From assembly GCA_965243395.1 (NCBI GenBank), contig CBDEUS010000001.1:832001-896000 (forward strand): a DNA stretch of 64,000 nucleotides, written 5' to 3'. Numbering within the stretch: position 1 is the stretch's first letter; every line of letters starts with the position of its first letter. The position numbers were made by a program, and so were the translations under genes. The notes under the pieces are model-generated. The model made no database searches. It worked only from the letters and a program-made list of their open reading frames with translations, and was not told the origin of the DNA. The DNA is from Gammaproteobacteria bacterium (lineage in GTDB: Bacteria; Pseudomonadota; Gammaproteobacteria; UBA4575). Below, piece by piece: positions 19,449 to 30,362 of the stretch.

Positions 19449-20642
19449 ATGCATTTAAGTAGAAACAAATTAATTAACGTATGTAGTGCGTTTATCTTTA
19501 CATTAGGAATTGTTAGCGCTTCAGTGACATTTGCTGGACCGCGTGAGCAGGCAAAAAGAATGCATGACCGCTTGGCTGGCGTGCCTCCTACAGAAGCTGT
19601 GCTTAGCTCAATGGCAACTATGATCCAAAATGGCGATGCCGTAGGCGCAGCCATGCAAGCCACGGATAATCCATCTTTTATTAATACAACAATTAAAGAT
19701 TGGGCGACTCCCTGGTTTAACCGTGACCAATCTGTTTACCGTGATCTCAATGATTCAACGGCAACTGTAATGGGATTTGTTCGAGACGATGTGCCTTTCG
19801 ATCAAATTTTGTATGCAGACCGAGTTTATATTGGTTCAGCCGCAGCTACAGATGAACCTTATTCAGTGAATAACAATGATCATTACGAAGATCTTCAAAA
19901 TGATCGTGTCGATTTTAGTGATCCTGCAATTTTAGTTTCTTCAACTCAATCTGCATTAAACCCTGAATTAGGTACAGGGCAAACAGCTGGAGTAATGACT
20001 ACACGAGGTTATGCAGAAGCTTATTTAATTGCTGGAACTAATAGAGCTGCAGTACGTTTCGCAACTCTTAATTTTATGTGCATGGATATGGAAGCTTTTC
20101 GTGATAAATCAGCTTATCCAAATCGTGTACGCCAAGACGTAGATCGTTCACCAGGTGGCGACAGTAAAATTTTTATGAATGACTGTCTTACTTGTCATGC
20201 GGGACTAGATGGTCTTGCAGGCGCATTTGCCTATTACGACTTTGCAGAAATTGTTGAAGATGAAGGTGAGCAACTTGTGTATACCGCAGGTCAAGTTCAG
20301 CCTAAATATTTACGTGATGCAGGTGTGTTTCGTACGGGATATGAAACCCAAGATGATTCATGGGCGAACTACTGGCGCTCAGGGCAAAACAGTTGGGTGG
20401 GTTGGAACGCTGTCGGTGGCGGTGTAGGTAGTGGAGCGAAATCAATGGGTATGGAGCTTTCACAAACACGCCAATTTTCTGAATGTCAGGTTACAAAGGC
20501 ATTTGAAAAAGTTTGTCATCGCAGCCCTAACGGTGCGGCAGATGTAGCTGCTGTACAAAATATTGCAACAATTTTTGAAGCGAATAACCGCAGCATGAAG
20601 CGAGTCTTTGCTGAGACGGCTGCTTATTGCATGGGTCAATAA
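19449..20642 (+). CDS. Exported hypothetical protein with a single CxxCH heme-c motif
   Basis: RBS GAGAGG before ATG 19449; signal peptide ending AGPREQAKR; CLTCH. Confidence 0.78.
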   Translation: MHLSRNKLINVCSAFIFTLGIVSASVTFAGPREQAKRMHDRLAGVPPTEAVLSSMATMIQNGDAVGAAMQATDNPSFINTTIKDWATPWFNRDQSVYRDLNDSTATVMGFVRDDVPFDQILYADRVYIGSAAATDEPYSVNNNDHYEDLQNDRVDFSDPAILVSSTQSALNPELGTGQTAGVMTTRGYAEAYLIAGTNRAAVRFATLNFMCMDMEAFRDKSAYPNRVRQDVDRSPGGDSKIFMNDCLTCHAGLDGLAGAFAYYDFAEIVEDEGEQLVYTAGQVQPKYLRDAGVFRTGYETQDDSWANYWRSGQNSWVGWNAVGGGVGSGAKSMGMELSQTRQFSECQVTKAFEKVCHRSPNGAADVAAVQNIATIFEANNRSMKRVFAETAAYCMGQ

Positions 20643-20686
20643 TGGTGTTGCCCAAGATATTAAGTATGCCAATTAGGAGAAATGTT

Positions 20687-22861
20687 ATGAGTCAGAATAA
20701 TCATTTATTTGAACGTAGCAGCAACGATACGCAATCACAGCGTAGTTATGTACTACAGATGATTTGCATAGTCATGCTGGCGTTAGTGTTAACTGCTTGT
20801 GGCGGTGGCGGCGGTGGATCTGATGATTCAGGGTCTGCACCTGTTGCAGGTGGCGGAAATAATACAGGTGGTGGAAATGGTTCCGGTGGAAGCAACGGAG
20901 ATATGGGTGATACTAATCCAATTGATCCTGGCAACGGCGGTGGCAATAACACTCCTCCAAATGAAGAAGCTCTGTTTGCTGCCACACTACATCCTGTATT
21001 AGTTAATCCAGGTTATACATGTGTGCTTTGTCATAACGGCAGTAACATGCAAGCGATTCCATTTGCAGTTGCCGATGTAGCAAATTCTTATTCAGTTGTA
21101 ACTGGACAAGCAATTGTTAATTTAGCTGCTACAACTCAATCAACTGTATATCAACGACCACTTACAAATCATAACTGTGGTGCAATGTGTCAAACCATTG
21201 CAGATGATGTTTTACAAGCTATCAATGCATGGGCTGCACAATCAGCTAATAATGGTGGTAACAACAATGGAAATATTGTTGCAAGTGCCACAACTAACTT
21301 CTCACAGTTAGTAACAGGTAGTGTGCCGCGTGCCGATGCAAACCAAATCACATTGTTTACCTTCTCTGAAGGTGCAGGCGACACAACTGTAGGTACCAGT
21401 AACGTAGGTGCAGATATGACTTTAAACCTAACAGGAACCGAGTGGGATCCTGAAGGTGGTCTAAGGAATGTAAGCGGTAAGGCACAAGCATCCCTTACAG
21501 ATAGTCAAAAACTCTTTAACTTACTATCAAGTGGTAACCAGTTTAGTGTAGAAGCCTGGGTGATTCCTGAAAATACTGATCAAACGGGTCCTGCTCGAAT
21601 TGTTTCGTATTCAATTAATACAGGACGTCGTAATTTCACTTTAGGCCAGCGCGCGGATCAATACGCAGCACGAGTTCAAACCATTAATACAGGTCCGAAT
21701 GGAAGTAATCCTGAACTGAGAAGTGAAAATGGCACAGTAAATACTGAGTTAAATCACATCGTCATGACTTATGACAATCTGCAAGGCGGCCGTAAGATTT
21801 ATTTGAACGGCGTCTTAGCTGCTGAAGAGACCATTCAAGGTGACATGTTAAATTGGCAAGATGATAATTTATTCATCTTAGGTAATGAAGCTACAAACGA
21901 TCGTCTTTGGAGAGGTGTTTTCAAGATGGTTGCTATACACAACACTGCATTAAATGGAGCTCAAGTTGCACAAAACTTTGAAGCAGGCTCTGATAACGCA
22001 GTTACTTCGTTACGATTTGATGTTGCAAGTGTACTAGGTGCCCCTGGATACATCGAAATGCAAGCCTACGAGATGGACCCTGATGCATATGTATTTGCAA
22101 GGCCGATACTTGTTACTGATGCTACAGGCGTTCGCGTTAAGAACATGCGGATTGCAGTAAACAATAACGTTCCTGTTGCAATGCAAGTATTCCGTAGAGT
22201 AGACATGATGGTGAACCAGTCTGGTCAAGAAATTTCGCCTCTGGGTGCACTCATTCCAACTGATCTTGGAATGGCTGGCGATCAAATCAGTCTTCAATTT
22301 GAAATACTAGGTGGACAAACAGGTTCAGCAGAAACTATTGGACCTGCTGCACCGCCATTACCACCAGCTGATGTGCCGGAGCCAGATGTTGGTGTACGTA
22401 CATTCTCGCAAGTACACGATACGTTTGCAGCGATTACAGGAATCAGTCAACGTGATCGTGATATTCGAGATCGTTACAACGACATTCGTGATCAGCTTCC
22501 TCCAACTGCAAATGCACTTGGCTTTGGTGGCGCACAACAGATTGCGATTCAGCGTTTAGCGACAACCTACTGTGGTGAAGTAGTTGGTAACAATAACAAC
22601 TCTCGTTGCAGAAACTTCTTTAATGACAATAACTGTGCAATTGCTGCTGGCGAGAAAGACGCCATAGCAGGAACAGTTATCGACAGAACTGCTGGTGTGA
22701 ACTTGGCAAACCAACCAGATCGTACCGCTTCCATTGCGGCGTTGGTCGGCATCATGGATGCCAACAACTGTGCAAATGGTTGTAATGGTGCAGCAGGACG
22801 ACAAGTTCTACAGGCAGTATGTACTGCAGGCTTAGCAAGCAGTGCAGTAACAATTAACTAA
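20687..22861 (+). CDS. Lipoprotein with CxxCH motif and LamG-like jellyroll domain
   Basis: RBS AGGAGA; lipobox LTAC, Gly/Asn linker, CVLCH, FSVEAWV...HIVMTYD...IYLNG...ILGNE. Confidence 0.8.
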   Translation: MSQNNHLFERSSNDTQSQRSYVLQMICIVMLALVLTACGGGGGGSDDSGSAPVAGGGNNTGGGNGSGGSNGDMGDTNPIDPGNGGGNNTPPNEEALFAATLHPVLVNPGYTCVLCHNGSNMQAIPFAVADVANSYSVVTGQAIVNLAATTQSTVYQRPLTNHNCGAMCQTIADDVLQAINAWAAQSANNGGNNNGNIVASATTNFSQLVTGSVPRADANQITLFTFSEGAGDTTVGTSNVGADMTLNLTGTEWDPEGGLRNVSGKAQASLTDSQKLFNLLSSGNQFSVEAWVIPENTDQTGPARIVSYSINTGRRNFTLGQRADQYAARVQTINTGPNGSNPELRSENGTVNTELNHIVMTYDNLQGGRKIYLNGVLAAEETIQGDMLNWQDDNLFILGNEATNDRLWRGVFKMVAIHNTALNGAQVAQNFEAGSDNAVTSLRFDVASVLGAPGYIEMQAYEMDPDAYVFARPILVTDATGVRVKNMRIAVNNNVPVAMQVFRRVDMMVNQSGQEISPLGALIPTDLGMAGDQISLQFEILGGQTGSAETIGPAAPPLPPADVPEPDVGVRTFSQVHDTFAAITGISQRDRDIRDRYNDIRDQLPPTANALGFGGAQQIAIQRLATTYCGEVVGNNNNSRCRNFFNDNNCAIAAGEKDAIAGTVIDRTAGVNLANQPDRTASIAALVGIMDANNCANGCNGAAGRQVLQAVCTAGLASSAVTIN

Positions 22862-22885
22862 TATAGGCTAGTGAGGTATAAAACA

Positions 22886-24403
22886 ATGACGAAATACAGA
22901 GAGCAAAGTCGACGCGCAGAAGAGGCACATCGCCGCTTCGAACAGCGTATCGAGGAATCATGCCGACGTACCGGTCATGGTAGACCTGTCACCCGCAGAG
23001 AATTTCTTGGAAGAGGATTAATTGCAGGCACTAGCACAGTTTTACTACCAAGCTTAGGTGCGATGGTAAACCGAGCAAAGGCTTGTGAAATCAGTGCTGA
23101 TGACGGTTTACTTGGTGCAGGTAAAATTCCTTTCCTTGGTATTGATATGGGCGGTGGCGCGAACATTGCCGGATCAAATATCATGGTTGGTGGTGCTGGA
23201 GGTCAGACAGATTTCTTGCCTGCCGATGCATACGAAACTTTAGGTTTACCTGCTGCGATTGATCCTAACAGTGTTGGCGTAAACACTGATTTTGGAATTG
23301 CAATGCATCCTAACAGTGCGCTATTACGAGGTATGTTAGATAAAACTACTGCCGCAACGCGCGCAAATGCAAATGCAACCATAATCCCTGCCAGATCAGA
23401 AAACGATACAGGCAATAATCCGCATAACCCAATGTACGGAATTGCACGTACCGGAGCACGTGGAGAATTCGTTGTATCAACTGGAACTAGAAACTCAGAA
23501 TCCGGCGGTCGTTCAAGATGCCCTGATTACATGGTTTCTGCAGAATTTGGTCCAACGCGTGTGAGCAATCGAAACGAAGCGATTGGTCTCAGTGGTGGTG
23601 AAGCCGACGGTTTCCCTAGTGCAAGTGTTGCTGCAGCGACACAAGTTCTTACCCAGTTGAAGCTTGGTTTGATTAACGAAGAGACTGCAACTGAAGAACT
23701 CATTCAGTGTGGTTACGATCAAAGTCTTGCTACCTTCAACTCACCAATTCTACCTTCAGACTTAGATCCAGAAGCTGATGCGGACTTACTGAGCATTTTC
23801 CCTAACGGTGAAATCAGTAATGATGGTGATTTCCGCAAAGCAGCTGCAACAATGAAAGTAGTTGTAAATGGTTTTGGTGGATTAGGTACTATGGAATTCG
23901 GTGGTCGAGACTATCACCAAGATCCACGTCCAGAGACAGATGGCAAAGACTTTAAGATTGGTCAAATCATCGGTGCTTCAATGGAGTACGCGAGATTAAA
24001 AAACCAACCTTTGATGATTTATCTATTCAGTGATGGTGCAGTGGTTGCTGACAGGAATAATCCTGAAGACGATGGAAACGGTACAACTAAATTCCGTTGG
24101 CGTTCGGATAATTCTCAAAGATCCGCCAGTGCAATATTTGTTTATAGCCCACTTGTTGCATCTGCAAACATTATGCGTAATGGTGCAGCTTCACAGCAGC
24201 TTGGCTTCTATAAATCAGATGGCACTATCGAAACGAACTCTAGTCCATATGCGAATAGTGTGGTTTCATTAGCAGAGCTTGTAGTTCTAAACTACTTGGC
24301 GCTGCATGGCGAAGCAGGCAATTTTGGTGCTGCGTTAGGCAATCCAACATTAGGTGCTAATCCTGGTGTAGAGCATATTGCATTCAACCAAATTACTGCT
24401 TAA
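22886..24403 (+). CDS. Twin-arginine exported protein, loosely DUF1501-like
   Basis: VTRREFLGRGL Tat motif, DMGGGANIAG, GGRDYH, YLFSDG. Confidence 0.72.
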   Translation: MTKYREQSRRAEEAHRRFEQRIEESCRRTGHGRPVTRREFLGRGLIAGTSTVLLPSLGAMVNRAKACEISADDGLLGAGKIPFLGIDMGGGANIAGSNIMVGGAGGQTDFLPADAYETLGLPAAIDPNSVGVNTDFGIAMHPNSALLRGMLDKTTAATRANANATIIPARSENDTGNNPHNPMYGIARTGARGEFVVSTGTRNSESGGRSRCPDYMVSAEFGPTRVSNRNEAIGLSGGEADGFPSASVAAATQVLTQLKLGLINEETATEELIQCGYDQSLATFNSPILPSDLDPEADADLLSIFPNGEISNDGDFRKAAATMKVVVNGFGGLGTMEFGGRDYHQDPRPETDGKDFKIGQIIGASMEYARLKNQPLMIYLFSDGAVVADRNNPEDDGNGTTKFRWRSDNSQRSASAIFVYSPLVASANIMRNGAASQQLGFYKSDGTIETNSSPYANSVVSLAELVVLNYLALHGEAGNFGAALGNPTLGANPGVEHIAFNQITA

Positions 24404-24428
24404 TCAATAAGATAAGCTAATTATCTAG

Positions 24429-24463
24429 AAACGGAGTAATCTTCTTGATTGCTCCGTTTTTTT
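24429..24463 (+). terminator. Intrinsic terminator closing the 3-gene cluster
   Basis: AAACGGAGTAATC-TTCTT-GATTGCTCCGTTTTTTT. Confidence 0.85.
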
Positions 24464-24555
24464 ATGTTCGGTGGATTTTACGCGACAAGATTCGTGACAA
24501 CTTATTTATGAGTTAGGACAATACTCATATCAACCACATATCTGTTTATTACACA

Positions 24556-25977
24556 TTGTCCTCATCACAAGCATCCCAAATGGCTACTTCCGTTGATGCG
24601 TCAGCATTTGCACACCTCGAGAGTCTTGTTTGTCCCAAGTGCGCAAGTGAGAACTCAACATTAAAGGTTAGTGCAGAATCACTACAGTGTGATGTGTGTA
24701 AAACTGAATACCCTTTGATTCAATGCGCTAACGCATCCATTCCATGGCTATTCGAGTATCCAGATGTTGCAAAATACGAGTGGCAGGCACGTCTCAACGG
24801 TTTTATGCATTTAAATCAGTTTGATCAGCAAGCATATAAAGAAGCACTTAAAGATAAGCGAGTTAGCAAATCAGGGCAAAAACGAATTACTAAATTATTG
24901 AATGCAAAGAAACTACAAATTGAACAGGTATGTGAAATAATTAAACCTTTAAAGCTAACTAGCAAGTCTGATCAATCTTTAAAGGATGTAATAGCGAATT
25001 ACCAATCTAAAACACCAAAAGTTCAAGGCCTGGATAGTTACTACAATAATATTTTTCGTGATTGGGCATGGGGCAATGGCGAAAATGAGCAAATGCTAGC
25101 AGCAGTGGAAAGTGTTTTAGATAATCAAAAATTACTGGGGAATGTGTTAACCATTGGGGCAGGGGCAGGAAGACTTTCTTATGATTTACACCAAAAATAT
25201 AAAGCAAACTCCTCATTATTGTTAGACATTAATCCATTATTATTATTATCAGCATGCCGCGCTATTCAAGGAGAAGATTTTGCATTAAATGAATTTCCAA
25301 TTGCGCCATTAAACAAAGATACGTTTTTTGCCGAACAAAAATGTAAAGCACCTATCGCAAATCAAGAAGATATTTACTACTTATTTGCAGATGGAATGAA
25401 TCTGCCTTTTAAAGCCGATAGCTTTGATACAGTAATAACACCTTGGCTATTAGATATTATTCCGCAAAATTTAAGGGAATATCTCCCGCGTATTAACAAA
25501 TGTCTTAGGAAAGGAGGCTCGTGGTTAAATACCGGCTCTCTTGCATTTTTTCATAAGAAGCAATCATGGCACTATAGCGAAGAAGAAGTTATAGAATTAA
25601 TTGAGAAAAATGGGTTTGAGTTAGTTAGTAACACACGGAGCTCGATTGAGTATTTGCACTCACCTTTAAGTGCGCATGGAAGGTCTGAAAAAGTTTTTAG
25701 TTTTCATGCAAGAAAAGTAAAAAATGTTGTAGTGCCTCCAAAATATGAATACCTGCCTGAATGGGTTCGTAATTCTACAATTCCAATACCTAAACATTAT
25801 GAACAAGAGCTTGACGCCTCTAAACATTTGCTTCAAGCCCAGGTGTTATCCGCCATTGACGGTGTAAAAAGTATTGAACAAATCGGAGAGCTTGTTGCCA
25901 AACAATATAGTCTTGATATAAACGAAGCTACTCATGCAGTCAGGCAAATTATGATTGATCACTATGAAGAGCATTAG
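24556..25977 (+). CDS. Class I SAM-dependent methyltransferase with N-terminal Trm112-like Zn ribbon and C-terminal PqqD-like helical domain
   Basis: CPKC...CDVC; VLTIGAGAGRL; FDTVITPWLLD; C-terminal AIDGVKSIEQIGELVAKQY. Confidence 0.75.
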   Translation: MSSSQASQMATSVDASAFAHLESLVCPKCASENSTLKVSAESLQCDVCKTEYPLIQCANASIPWLFEYPDVAKYEWQARLNGFMHLNQFDQQAYKEALKDKRVSKSGQKRITKLLNAKKLQIEQVCEIIKPLKLTSKSDQSLKDVIANYQSKTPKVQGLDSYYNNIFRDWAWGNGENEQMLAAVESVLDNQKLLGNVLTIGAGAGRLSYDLHQKYKANSSLLLDINPLLLLSACRAIQGEDFALNEFPIAPLNKDTFFAEQKCKAPIANQEDIYYLFADGMNLPFKADSFDTVITPWLLDIIPQNLREYLPRINKCLRKGGSWLNTGSLAFFHKKQSWHYSEEEVIELIEKNGFELVSNTRSSIEYLHSPLSAHGRSEKVFSFHARKVKNVVVPPKYEYLPEWVRNSTIPIPKHYEQELDASKHLLQAQVLSAIDGVKSIEQIGELVAKQYSLDINEATHAVRQIMIDHYEEH

Positions 25978-26009
25978 CAATTAATTAATCCTTAGGTTTA
26001 GGAATTTTC

Positions 26010-26561
26010 ATGAGAATTATTATTACAGTAGTATTATTTTTTATCAGTTGTCCCACATTTGCTGATGCATTTGAGGATGACTTAAGGGCTCTGTTTGAAT
26101 TAACTGGCGTTAAAAATAATTATGCAGGTTTGAATAATGTGATATTAAATCAAATGCAAGCCGGTTTTTTTCAAGCCGCAGATCAAAATATAGAAAGTAG
26201 TTCTTTAACTGAAGAACAAAGACAGCAGGTAGGAGATATACTTAAAGCAAGATTTGCAGATATGGCTAAAAATTATCAAAATTTTGTAGCGGAAAATATG
26301 TCATATGAACAAGTAGAAAGAGAGATTTATATCCCTCTATACAAAGATGCATATTCTCATGAGGAAATAAAAGAACTTTTGAATTTTTATAGCTCACCTA
26401 CTGGTAAAAAAACCATTGAATTTTCTCAAAAAATTTCAGAACAAGCTACCAAGAAATCTGCTGAAAAATATGATGAAATAATTGCTGAATATGTTAAATC
26501 GCAAATCAATGAAAATATTTCGCTAGTAAAAAAAGAAGTGAAAGATAAAGGGATAGAATAA
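26010..26561 (+). CDS. DUF2059-domain exported protein
   Basis: Signal peptide; YS.EEIKELLNFYSSPTGKK. Confidence 0.8.
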   Translation: MRIIITVVLFFISCPTFADAFEDDLRALFELTGVKNNYAGLNNVILNQMQAGFFQAADQNIESSSLTEEQRQQVGDILKARFADMAKNYQNFVAENMSYEQVEREIYIPLYKDAYSHEEIKELLNFYSSPTGKKTIEFSQKISEQATKKSAEKYDEIIAEYVKSQINENISLVKKEVKDKGIE

Positions 26562-26676
26562 AATATACCACTAACTACTTCTTCTTGTTATTTTGGCAAG
26601 AATATAAGAAACGACTAAATACCAGGTTGTATCTAATTTAAAAGTTCGATAATTCATTTCGTAGTAAACTTTTGCT

Positions 26677-29600
26677 ATGGCGGTTACAACTCTAAAGCAA
26701 AAGTGGCAATTTTGGATCGATCGTGGCGGCACTTTTACAGATATCGTTGCACGCAAACCAAGCGGTCTAATTCAAACACATAAGCTTCTTTCTGAAAATC
26801 CAAAACAATATCAAGATGCTGCCATTCATGGCATGAAAGAAATGCTTGGCATCAATGTCGAGGAAGACTTGCCACGGGATCAAATATCCGTTGTAAAAAT
26901 GGGAACAACTTTGGCCACGAATGCATTGCTTGAACGCAAGGGCGAGGACACATTACTCGTCATTACCAAAGGATTTAAAGATCAGCTACGCATTGGTTAT
27001 CAGACTAGGCCCGATCTATTTGCTTTACATATTGAGCTTCCCGAACTGCTTTACAGTGAAGTATTAGAAATTGAAGAACGAATCGGAGCTCAAGGGAAAA
27101 TTTTAGTGCCTCTTAATGAAGACGCTGCACGTGAAGGTTTGATCAAACACTATAGAAAAGGATTGCGTTCGATTGCCATTGTACTCATGCACGGTTATCG
27201 GTACCACGTACATGAAAATCAACTAGTGGTTTTGGCAAAAGAAATAGGTTTTACGCAAATTTCTGTGAGCCATGAAATTAGTCCGTTAATCAAGCTTGTT
27301 TCTCGTGGCGATACCACGGTCATAGATGCATATCTTTCACCTGTTTTAAGAAGGTATGTAAATCAAATTGCATCACAACTTCAAGAGACTAGTGAACAGC
27401 CAAACAATTTGATGTTTATGAAATCAAACGGAGGGTTGGCAGATGCTAAATTATTTCAAGGTAAAGATGCGATCTTGTCAGGACCCACAGGGGGTGTTGT
27501 GGGCATGGCAAAAGTTTGTGAGCTTGCAGGTTTTAAAAAAGTCATCGGTTTTGATATGGGAGGCACCTCGACGGATGTGAGCCACTACAATGGTGAGTTT
27601 GATAAAGTATTTGAGACACAAGTTGCCGGCATTCGCATACAAGCCCCCATGATGTTAATTAACACTATTGCCGCGGGTGGGGGTTCTGTTCTTAAGTTTC
27701 TCGATCAGCGTTACCAAGTCGGCCCTGAATCTGCAAGCGCCTATCCTGGACCTGCGTGCTACCGGAATGATGGCCCACTAACCATTACTGATTGCAACGT
27801 AATGATGGGTAAATTACAACCCACTTTATTTCCAAGTGTATTTGGCGCTAATGCTAATAAGGCACTGGATAATGAAGTCGTTAAAGCAAAGTTTCAAAAG
27901 CTCAGTAATCGAATTGAGAAAGAAACAGGTAACAAGCGAACACCCGAAGCTGTCGCTACCGGTTATCTGAAGATTGCAGTTGAAAATATGGCTAATGCAA
28001 TCAAGAAAATTTCCATAATGCGCGGTTATGATGTTACCGAATATACCTTATGCTGTTTCGGCGGTGCAGGAGGGCAACACGCATGTTTAGTTGCCGATGC
28101 ATTAAGCATGAAACAAATTTTGATTCATCCTTATGCAAGTGTTCTTTCTGCTTATGGTATTGGTCTCGCAGACATTATCGTAGATAGACAACAATCAATA
28201 GGACAGGTTTTAAATGCGTCTCTATTAGAAAAGCTAAAAATATTATTCAAACAGTTACAACAAGAAGGCATGGACGAACTCGAGAGACAATCTGTAGAGC
28301 ATATAAATACAACATTTAAAAATTATTTGCGCTTGCGTTATGAAGGATCTGATACCGTTTTGACTGTAACACACGATGCCTTAGATAAAGTTATCTCCCA
28401 GTTTGAACAAACTCACCAAAAACGTTTTGGATTTATTTCTTCTGAACAAGATATTGTCGTCGAAGCTATTCAAGTAGAAGTTATTTCCCAGACCAGTCAA
28501 CCGATTAATGTTGAAAAGTTAAATTCTGAAATTCTGCGAAGTCATTCTGATGTAAAACATGATTGCTATATTAATGATCAATGGCAAACTACTCCTTTTT
28601 ACCATCGTGATTCACTTGTAGTTAACAAAGTTATAAATGGCCCTGCAGTCGTTTATGATTCAACAAACACCATAGTAATAGAGCCCGGTTGGCGAAGTAA
28701 GTTAACTGCTGAAAATAATTTATTACTTGAGCGTTATATGGAAAGAAAAACAGCTAATGCAGTTGGAACAGATGTAGATCCGGTAATGTTAGAAATTTTT
28801 AATAATTTATTTATGTCTGTTGCTGAACAGATGGGTACTGTATTAGAAAACACTGCAGTATCTGTCAACATAAAAGAGAGATTGGATTTTTCTTGCGCTA
28901 TATTTGACCCCTTGGGAAATCTTGTCGCGAATGCACCACATGTCCCGGTGCACCTTGGTTCCATGAGCGAAAGTATTAAATCTGTCATTCGTGATTTTAA
29001 TAAAAACATATCTTCTGGTGATGCATTCATATTGAATACACCTTACAACGGTGGGACGCATCTTCCTGATATAACGGTGATTAAGCCTGTGTTTTCTGAT
29101 CGTGCAGAATTATTATTTTATGTAGCATCTCGTGGTCACCATACGGATATTGGTGGTACTACACCAGGTTCAGCACCTGCACATTCTGTCAGTATTGAAG
29201 AAGAAGGGATTGTTTTTGACGCATTTAAAATTGTTGAGAATAACCTCTTTCATGAAGAAAAAATCTATTCGCTTCTAACAAACAACCGTTGGCCAGCGCG
29301 TAATCCATCAATGAATATATCGGACATCAAGGCACAACTTGCAGCATGTGAAAAGGGAGCAGAAGAGCTCAATAAAACCGTAAAGCACTATAGCGAAAAA
29401 ACAGTACATGCTTATATGCAACATGTACAAAACAATGCTGAAGAATCCGTACGCAAAACACTAAGCGTGCTCAAGGACGGATCTTTTGAATACAAAATGG
29501 ATGATGACAATCACATTGTCGTGAGCATTAAAGTAGATCAAAAGAATCGCAAAGCCATAATTGATTTCACAGGAACGAGTTCGCAACATCATGGAAATTT

Positions 29601-30312
29601 CAATGCACCTACTGCAGTAGTAAAAGCGGCAGTACTATATGTGTTTAGATGTCTTGTGGGCGATAATATTCCATTGAATGATGGATGTTTGAAGCCTTTT
29701 GAAATTATTATTCCAAAACCTTCTATGATTAATCCAGAATATCCTGCAGCTGTGTTTGCTGGTAATGTGGAAACATCTCAATTTATTGTCGATGCATTAT
29801 TTGGTGCGCTAGGTGTTATAGCGTCATCACAAGGCACAATGAATAACTTTGTATGGGGTAACGAAAGATATCAATATTATGAAACATTATGTGGAGGTAC
29901 AGGAGCAGCCAAAAATTCAGATGGCACAGACGCAGTCCATAGTCACATGACAAATTCAAAACTGACAGACCCTGAAGTATTGGAATGGCGCTTTCCGGTC
30001 ATATTAAATTCATTTGAAATTAAATTGGGTTCAGGTGGCGCGGGTAAATTTCGTGGAGGTGATGGCGTAATTCGTAAAATGCAATTTTTGGAAGAAGTAA
30101 CTGCCAACATTATTTCAAGTCATCGAAAAGTGCCGCCCTACGGTCTTGCTGGTGGAGAAAATGCTCAAGTCGGTAAAAATAGAGTAGAGCATACGGACGG
30201 AACCGTTACAGAATTATCAGGTATAGATCAAATTGAGTTACAGCAGGGTGATATTTTTATCATAGAAACACCTGGAGGCGGGGGATATGGCAGTATTAAC
30301 AATAATGAGTAA
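26677..30312 (+). CDS. oplA: 5-oxoprolinase (fused hydantoinase A/B, ATP-hydrolysing)
   Basis: [59 protein letters not shown]. Confidence 0.93.
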   Translation: MAVTTLKQKWQFWIDRGGTFTDIVARKPSGLIQTHKLLSENPKQYQDAAIHGMKEMLGINVEEDLPRDQISVVKMGTTLATNALLERKGEDTLLVITKGFKDQLRIGYQTRPDLFALHIELPELLYSEVLEIEERIGAQGKILVPLNEDAAREGLIKHYRKGLRSIAIVLMHGYRYHVHENQLVVLAKEIGFTQISVSHEISPLIKLVSRGDTTVIDAYLSPVLRRYVNQIASQLQETSEQPNNLMFMKSNGGLADAKLFQGKDAILSGPTGGVVGMAKVCELAGFKKVIGFDMGGTSTDVSHYNGEFDKVFETQVAGIRIQAPMMLINTIAAGGGSVLKFLDQRYQVGPESASAYPGPACYRNDGPLTITDCNVMMGKLQPTLFPSVFGANANKALDNEVVKAKFQKLSNRIEKETGNKRTPEAVATGYLKIAVENMANAIKKISIMRGYDVTEYTLCCFGGAGGQHACLVADALSMKQILIHPYASVLSAYGIGLADIIVDRQQSIGQVLNASLLEKLKILFKQLQQEGMDELERQSVEHINTTFKNYLRLRYEGSDTVLTVTHDALDKVISQFEQTHQKRFGFISSEQDIVVEAIQVEVISQTSQPINVEKLNSEILRSHSDVKHDCYINDQWQTTPFYHRDSLVVNKVINGPAVVYDSTNTIVIEPGWRSKLTAENNLLLERYMERKTANAVGTDVDPVMLEIFNNLFMSVAEQMGTVLENTAVSVNIKERLDFSCAIFDPLGNLVANAPHVPVHLGSMSESIKSVIRDFNKNISSGDAFILNTPYNGGTHLPDITVIKPVFSDRAELLFYVASRGHHTDIGGTTPGSAPAHSVSIEEEGIVFDAFKIVENNLFHEEKIYSLLTNNRWPARNPSMNISDIKAQLAACEKGAEELNKTVKHYSEKTVHAYMQHVQNNAEESVRKTLSVLKDGSFEYKMDDDNHIVVSIKVDQKNRKAIIDFTGTSSQHHGNFNAPTAVVKAAVLYVFRCLVGDNIPLNDGCLKPFEIIIPKPSMINPEYPAAVFAGNVETSQFIVDALFGALGVIASSQGTMNNFVWGNERYQYYETLCGGTGAAKNSDGTDAVHSHMTNSKLTDPEVLEWRFPVILNSFEIKLGSGGAGKFRGGDGVIRKMQFLEEVTANIISSHRKVPPYGLAGGENAQVGKNRVEHTDGTVTELSGIDQIELQQGDIFIIETPGGGGYGSINNNE

Positions 30313-30340
30313 AAAGCCGAAGACATTTGCCCTCGGCTTT
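30311..30340. terminator. Terminator between convergent genes
   Basis: AAAAAGCCGA...TCGGCTTT hairpin. Confidence 0.65.
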
Positions 30341-30362
30341 CACCATTAATTATTTTTGTAAC

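Noticed and set aside
20795-20950. GGT/GGC/AAT-rich low-complexity tract as a DNA repeat element
   Set aside because: Explained by the Gly/Asn/Ser linker after the lipobox of the LamG protein
22886-24403. Type II secretion component
   Set aside because: No GspF-like membrane topology and no other T2SS genes; it has a Tat motif and looks soluble
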